A stretch of 64,000 nt of DNA, taken from contig JACQXK010000001.1 in NCBI GenBank assembly GCA_016208765.1, positions 192,365 through 256,364 on the forward strand, read 5' to 3'. Below the pieces are notes generated by a model. It ran no database searches. It saw only the letters and a list, made by a program, of their open reading frames with translations, and was not told the origin of the DNA. The position numbers and the translations under genes are program-made. Source of the stretch: Candidatus Omnitrophota bacterium. GTDB lineage: Bacteria > Omnitrophota > Gorgyraeia > Gygaellales > Profunditerraquicolaceae. Numbering within the stretch: position 1 is the first letter of the stretch; each line of letters begins with the position of its first letter. Below are positions 59,589-64,000 of the stretch, piece by piece.

Positions 59589-60605
59589 ATGATTATAGTG
59601 CTTCGTCCAGATGCAAGCCAGGCGCAGGTAGAGCATATTATTGAAAAAGTAACTAAGCTCGGGCTTACTCCTCATGTGTCAAAAGGGACTGAGCGTACAA
59701 TTATAGGGGTAATTGGCCCCGAGGATATCCTTCGGGTCACTCCTTTAGAAGTTTTCCCCGGCGTTGAAAAGGTAATGCCGGTTTTGGCCCCGTACAAGTT
59801 GGTTTCCCGGGAATTCCGAAAAGAAAATTCAATTATTGATTTGGGTAAAGGTGTTAGTATCGGCGGCAAAAGGATTGTGGTTATGGCCGGGCCTTGTGCA
59901 ATTGAAAATTTTGAGACTGTCAGAGAGATTGCTTTTGAAATTAAGAAAGCTGGTGCAACGGTTTTGCGGGGTGGGGCATTTAAACCAAGAACCTCGCCTT
60001 ATAGTTTTCAGGGGCTTGGCGAGGAGGGCTTAAAGATTCTAAAAAAGGTCGGTGACGAATTGGGCCTTGTCACAGTTACCGAGGTAATGGACCCGCGCGA
60101 TGTCGGGCTTGTGGCAAGTTTCGTGGATGTCTTGCAGATAGGTGCACGCAACATGCAAAATTTTAATTTACTTAAAGAAGTTGGCTTGACCAAAAAGCCG
60201 GTACTTTTAAAACGCGGGCTCTCATCAACAATCAAAGAGATGCTTATGTCGGCAGAATATATTGTGGCAGGCGGAAATTTTAATGTTGTTTTATGCGAAC
60301 GCGGTATCCGGACGTTTGAAGATTCAACCAGAAATACCCTGGATATAAGTGCTGTCCCGGTTTCAAAACAGCTTTCGCATCTTCCGATTATTATTGACCC
60401 CTCGCATGCCGCCGGAAAGTGGGGCCTGATTTCTCCGCTTTCAAAAGCAGCAGTTGCCTGCGGAGCTGACGGATTGATCATTGAAGTGCATAGCCATCCA
60501 GAAGATGCAAAGTCAGACGGCGCACAATCATTGCTACCGTCAAATTTCCAGAATTTAATGCAGGAATTAAAAATATTAGCCAATGTAGTAGGGAGAGAAT
60601 TGTGA
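59589..60605 (+). CDS. aroF: 3-deoxy-7-phosphoheptulonate (DAHP) synthase, type I-beta, with an N-terminal ferredoxin-like regulatory domain.
   Basis: …IVVMAGPCAIEN…KPRTSPYSFQG…IIDPSHA… KDO8P/DAHPS-I-beta motifs, preceded by a roughly 70-aa FL domain as in Thermotoga-type enzymes. Confidence 0.85.
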   Translation: MIIVLRPDASQAQVEHIIEKVTKLGLTPHVSKGTERTIIGVIGPEDILRVTPLEVFPGVEKVMPVLAPYKLVSREFRKENSIIDLGKGVSIGGKRIVVMAGPCAIENFETVREIAFEIKKAGATVLRGGAFKPRTSPYSFQGLGEEGLKILKKVGDELGLVTVTEVMDPRDVGLVASFVDVLQIGARNMQNFNLLKEVGLTKKPVLLKRGLSSTIKEMLMSAEYIVAGGNFNVVLCERGIRTFEDSTRNTLDISAVPVSKQLSHLPIIIDPSHAAGKWGLISPLSKAAVACGADGLIIEVHSHPEDAKSDGAQSLLPSNFQNLMQELKILANVVGREL

Positions 60606-61429
60606 GTTTGTTTAGAAAAGTTGCAATTATTGGCACAGGATTAATCGGCGGCTCCATCGGGCTTGCTTTAAAGAAACACAGGCTTGCAGCAGAAGTTGTC
60701 GGGGTGAGCCGGCATAAAGAAAGCATTTCTTTAGCCAGGAAAACCGGAGCCATTGATAATGGGGGGACTTCTTTAGAAATTATCCGCGGAGCTGATTTGG
60801 TGATTTTTGCAACTCCTGTAAATGTGATTATTGATCTCGCTCCCAAGGTGGCAAAGATCATTGAAAGAAACTGCATTGTTACTGATGTTGCCAGCACAAA
60901 AGAAGAGATTGTCAGGTTATTAGAAAAGATTTTCCCCGATTTTGTCGGGGGGCATCCATTGGCAGGCTCGGAAAAAAGAAGCATTTCTTATGCTTCGGCA
61001 GGCATTTTTCAGGGCTCGGTTTGTTTGCTTACTCCGGCCAAGAAAACTAAGCAGGATTCTTTAAGGAAAATAAGGACGCTTTGGGAAAATATTGGTGCAA
61101 AGGTGATTTTGCTATCTGCGCCTGAGCATGACAAGGTTTTAGCCATGGTGAGCCACTTGCCGCATATAGCAGCGTTTTCTTTGATTAATTCCGTTCCAAA
61201 AGGGTATTTAAAGTTTGCTGCCGGAGGCCTTAAAGATACCACTCGCATTGCCGCTTCCGACGCAGAGATCTGGGCGCAGATTTTTATGAGTAACCGCAAG
61301 AATGTATTGAAAAGTATTGAAGCATTAGAAAGAAACATATCGGTAATAAAATCGGCAATAAAACAAAATAAAAAACAACTTAGTGTTATTCTTAACGCGG
61401 CAAAGAATAAAAGAGAGAGCGTAGTTTAG
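60602..61429 (+). CDS. tyrA: Prephenate (arogenate) dehydrogenase.
   Basis: VAIIGTGLIGGSIGLAL Rossmann and a HPLAGSE catalytic motif. Confidence 0.85.
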   Translation: MSLFRKVAIIGTGLIGGSIGLALKKHRLAAEVVGVSRHKESISLARKTGAIDNGGTSLEIIRGADLVIFATPVNVIIDLAPKVAKIIERNCIVTDVASTKEEIVRLLEKIFPDFVGGHPLAGSEKRSISYASAGIFQGSVCLLTPAKKTKQDSLRKIRTLWENIGAKVILLSAPEHDKVLAMVSHLPHIAAFSLINSVPKGYLKFAAGGLKDTTRIAASDAEIWAQIFMSNRKNVLKSIEALERNISVIKSAIKQNKKQLSVILNAAKNKRESVV

Positions 61430-61431
61430 TA

Positions 61432-62085
61432 ATGATCATAGCAATTGATGGACCTGCTGGCGCCGGTAAAAGCACGATCGCCAAAATAATAGCCCAGAAA
61501 CTGGGCTTTCTTTATATTGATACAGGCGCTATGTATCGTGCCCTTACGCTTAAAGTTTTGGATGAGGGCATTGATATAGAAAATACATCTGCAATTATCA
61601 GCCTTGCCCATAAAACTGTCATCAACCTTATTAATAACCCGGATGGTTCGCTAAAGGTAGCGCTTGATTCAAAAGAAGTGAGCTTTAAAATCAGGGAACC
61701 GCGCATTACCAAGTATGTTTCAGATGTAGCAAAGATCAAGGAAGTGAGGCAAATAATGCTAAAGCTCCAGCGTGATTTTGGAAAGCGGGGTAATAGCATT
61801 TTAGATGGAAGAGATATAGGCACGGTAGTTTTTCCCGATGCTGATAAGAAATTTTACCTTGATGCGCATCTTGGGGAAAGGGCAAACCGCAGGCATAAGG
61901 AATTGCATGGATTAGGGCAGAAAGTAACTTTGTGTTCTGTGGAAGCTGATTTGCACAATCGTGATACAATTGATTCAACCCGTGAAGTAGCTCCGCTAAA
62001 AAAAGCAGATGATGCTATTTATATTGATACGACTAATTTAACCATTGAACAAGTTGTACAAAAGGTTTTAAGTTATCTTAAATAA
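61432..62085 (+). CDS. cmk: Cytidylate kinase.
   Basis: IAIDGPAGAGKST…DTGAMYR…. Confidence 0.9.
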   Translation: MIIAIDGPAGAGKSTIAKIIAQKLGFLYIDTGAMYRALTLKVLDEGIDIENTSAIISLAHKTVINLINNPDGSLKVALDSKEVSFKIREPRITKYVSDVAKIKEVRQIMLKLQRDFGKRGNSILDGRDIGTVVFPDADKKFYLDAHLGERANRRHKELHGLGQKVTLCSVEADLHNRDTIDSTREVAPLKKADDAIYIDTTNLTIEQVVQKVLSYLK

Positions 62086-62091
62086 ATTCTC

Positions 62092-63888
62092 ATGGATAAA
62101 TCATTGATCAGGAATTTTTCAATTATTGCGCACATTGACCATGGCAAATCCACGCTTGCAGACCGTATTTTGGAGGTGACTGGAGCTGTGGAGCGTTCGC
62201 ACAAGGGAGATCAGCTTTTGGATGATATGGATCTTGAAAAAGAACGCGGCATAACCATAAAAGCTTCAATGGTGCGGCTTAAATTCCACTCTAATAAACA
62301 GAATAAAGATTTTATTTTTAACTTGATTGATACCCCCGGGCACGTGGATTTTACTTACGAGGTTTCCAAATCGTTGGCAGCCTGCGAGGGAGCGCTGTTG
62401 GTGGTTGATGCAGGCCAGGGCATTGAGGCACAGACTGTTGCCAATTATTATCTTGCTTTGGAGAATAATCTGGAAATCATCCCGGTGATCAACAAGATTG
62501 ATTTAAGTTCTGCTGATGTGCCGCGCGTGGAAAGGCAGATTGAGGGTGTTTTGGGTTTTAGGCATGAAGATATTATTCGTGCCTCAGCAAAAGAGGGAAC
62601 AGGTGTAACTGAAATTTTGGAGAGAATTGTAGAAATTATCCCATCTCCATTGGGAGATCCGGGCAACCCTTTAAAAGCGCTTGTTTTTGACTGCCGTTTT
62701 GATATTTATAAAGGCGTGGTTGTTTTTGTTAAAATTGTTGACGGCAGTATTGATAAAAATACACAGTTGAGAATGATGCACTCCGGTGAACTTTACAAGA
62801 TTGAGGAATTGGGTGTGTTTACCATGAAATACGAAGTGGCGGATTCTTTGACCTGCGGAGAGGTTGGTTATTTTACGGCTAATATCAGGGATGCGCGGGA
62901 AATAGTCATCGGTGATACGATCACAAGTGTTAAAAACCCGTGCGCCGAGGCTTTGCCGGGTTACCGAACGCTTAAGCCATTGGTTTTCTGCGGTATTTAT
63001 CCGATTAATCCGGCAGATTTTCCGGAATTGCGCGAGTCAATGGATAAATTAAAACTTTCCGACGCATCTTTTGTTTTTGAGCCGGAAAATTCGCAGTCTT
63101 TCGGTTCTGGTTTTCGCTGCGGGTTTCTCGGGTTATTGCATATGGAGATCGTGCAGGAGCGTTTAAAAAGAGAATACGGGCTTAATTTAATCCTCACCGT
63201 TCCTAACGTTGTCTACAGGGTTTTAAAACGAGACGGCGCAATGATAGAAGTGGACATGCCTTCAGACCTGCCCGGATCTCAGGATATTCAGGAAGCTCAG
63301 GAGCCTTTTGCAAGCCTTTTGATGATTGTGCCTACTGATTCTATTGAGGCGGTGTGCGACTTTACAAAATCGCGCCGCGGTATTTTTCAATCTAACGAAT
63401 ATCTTGGTGAAGACAGGGTAAAAATACTTTTTCATGTCCCCCTTTCAGAAATTATTGTTGATTTTTATGACCGTATAAAATCCATAACAAGAGGTTACGG
63501 TTCACTGGATTATGAATTCAAGGAATATCTTCCGACAAAACTTGTTAGGCTTGATGTCCTATTAAATAGCCAGATTTGCGATGCATTCTCGTCGTTAATC
63601 TTTAAGGATAAGGCATCTGCGCGCGCGCATACGTTAGTGAACAAGCTTAAAGAGTTGATTCCCCGTCAGTTATTTGAGGTGGCAATACAGGCGTCAGTAG
63701 GCACTCAGATACTCGCCTCGGAAAAAGTTAAGGCAGTGGGAAAGCATGTAACTGCCAAATGTTACGGAGGAGATATTACCCGCAAACGTAAACTTTGGGA
63801 TTCCCAGAAAGAAGGCAAAAAACGTTTAAAGCAGTTCGGAAAAGTGGAAATTCCGCAGGAAGCATTTTTGGAGGTATTAAAAATATGA
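62092..63888 (+). CDS. lepA: Elongation factor 4 (LepA).
   Basis: IRNFSIIAHIDHGKSTLADR… GTPase and a LepA-specific C-terminal domain; 598 aa. Confidence 0.95.
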   Translation: MDKSLIRNFSIIAHIDHGKSTLADRILEVTGAVERSHKGDQLLDDMDLEKERGITIKASMVRLKFHSNKQNKDFIFNLIDTPGHVDFTYEVSKSLAACEGALLVVDAGQGIEAQTVANYYLALENNLEIIPVINKIDLSSADVPRVERQIEGVLGFRHEDIIRASAKEGTGVTEILERIVEIIPSPLGDPGNPLKALVFDCRFDIYKGVVVFVKIVDGSIDKNTQLRMMHSGELYKIEELGVFTMKYEVADSLTCGEVGYFTANIRDAREIVIGDTITSVKNPCAEALPGYRTLKPLVFCGIYPINPADFPELRESMDKLKLSDASFVFEPENSQSFGSGFRCGFLGLLHMEIVQERLKREYGLNLILTVPNVVYRVLKRDGAMIEVDMPSDLPGSQDIQEAQEPFASLLMIVPTDSIEAVCDFTKSRRGIFQSNEYLGEDRVKILFHVPLSEIIVDFYDRIKSITRGYGSLDYEFKEYLPTKLVRLDVLLNSQICDAFSSLIFKDKASARAHTLVNKLKELIPRQLFEVAIQASVGTQILASEKVKAVGKHVTAKCYGGDITRKRKLWDSQKEGKKRLKQFGKVEIPQEAFLEVLKI

Positions 63889-64000
63889 AATCAGGCAAGA
63901 AAAATATTATCAGAGAGTGGGTTGAATCAATTGTCATCGCCTTTTTATTGGCAATGGTCATCAGGGCTTTTGTGGTGCAGGCGTTTAAGATACCCACAGG
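63885..64000 (+). CDS. lepB: Signal peptidase I; N-terminal fragment that continues beyond the window.
   Basis: MKSGKKNIIREWVESIVIAFLLAMVIRAFVVQAFKIPT is the typical LepB start. The gene follows lepA. Confidence 0.75.
   Translation, partial: MKSGKKNIIREWVESIVIAFLLAMVIRAFVVQAFKIPT

Overview
The window is a 64-kb segment of an AT-rich (about 40% GC) diderm bacterial chromosome, and almost every gene is on the + strand. The presence of LptD and of multi-kb giant ORFs suggests an uncultivated lineage, possibly Omnitrophota-like; this is a low-confidence guess.

Most of the window is core genome:
- a copper P-type ATPase
- the miaB-miaA-hflX cluster
- a complete heat-shock regulon: hspR-clpB, then a CIRCE site followed by hrcA-grpE-dnaK-dnaJ
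- accD, a sugar-ABC ATPase and two GGDEF cyclases
- a 2014-aa secreted giant protein
- ROK kinase, transaldolase, lptD and a UDP-sugar cluster
- cvpA, nif3, dnaG-rpoD
- two tRNAs and RNase P RNA
- yebC-ruvC-ruvA-scpB
- the aromatic amino-acid cluster pheA-hisC-aroF-tyrA, then cmk-lepA-lepB

Between about 3.5 and 14.4 kb lies an accessory island of unrelated cargo genes. Four of them sit behind a repeated roughly 100-nt leader element. The genes are:
- a poly-G-preceded secreted repeat protein
- a PP-loop ATPase
- a RhuM/Doc-type Fic protein
- a standalone SIR2_2 protein
- a 1586-aa STAND-like NTPase with an Mrr-like (PD-(D/E)xK) N-terminal domain
- two small paralogous proteins sharing a 'PETGMGYQ' motif
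- an Xis/MerR-like HTH protein

The strongest candidate for a new system is this SIR2 / Mrr-STAND / PETGMGYQ-pair / HTH block, which looks like a phage-defence locus.

A second unusual feature is a family of short palindromic elements with core GGGAC(A/T)GTCCC. They are inserted in-frame twice in miaB and twice in the giant gene, each encoding 'SP.K.GTVP', with a larger nested palindrome just upstream of the giant gene. This resembles Rickettsia RPE-type selfish elements.
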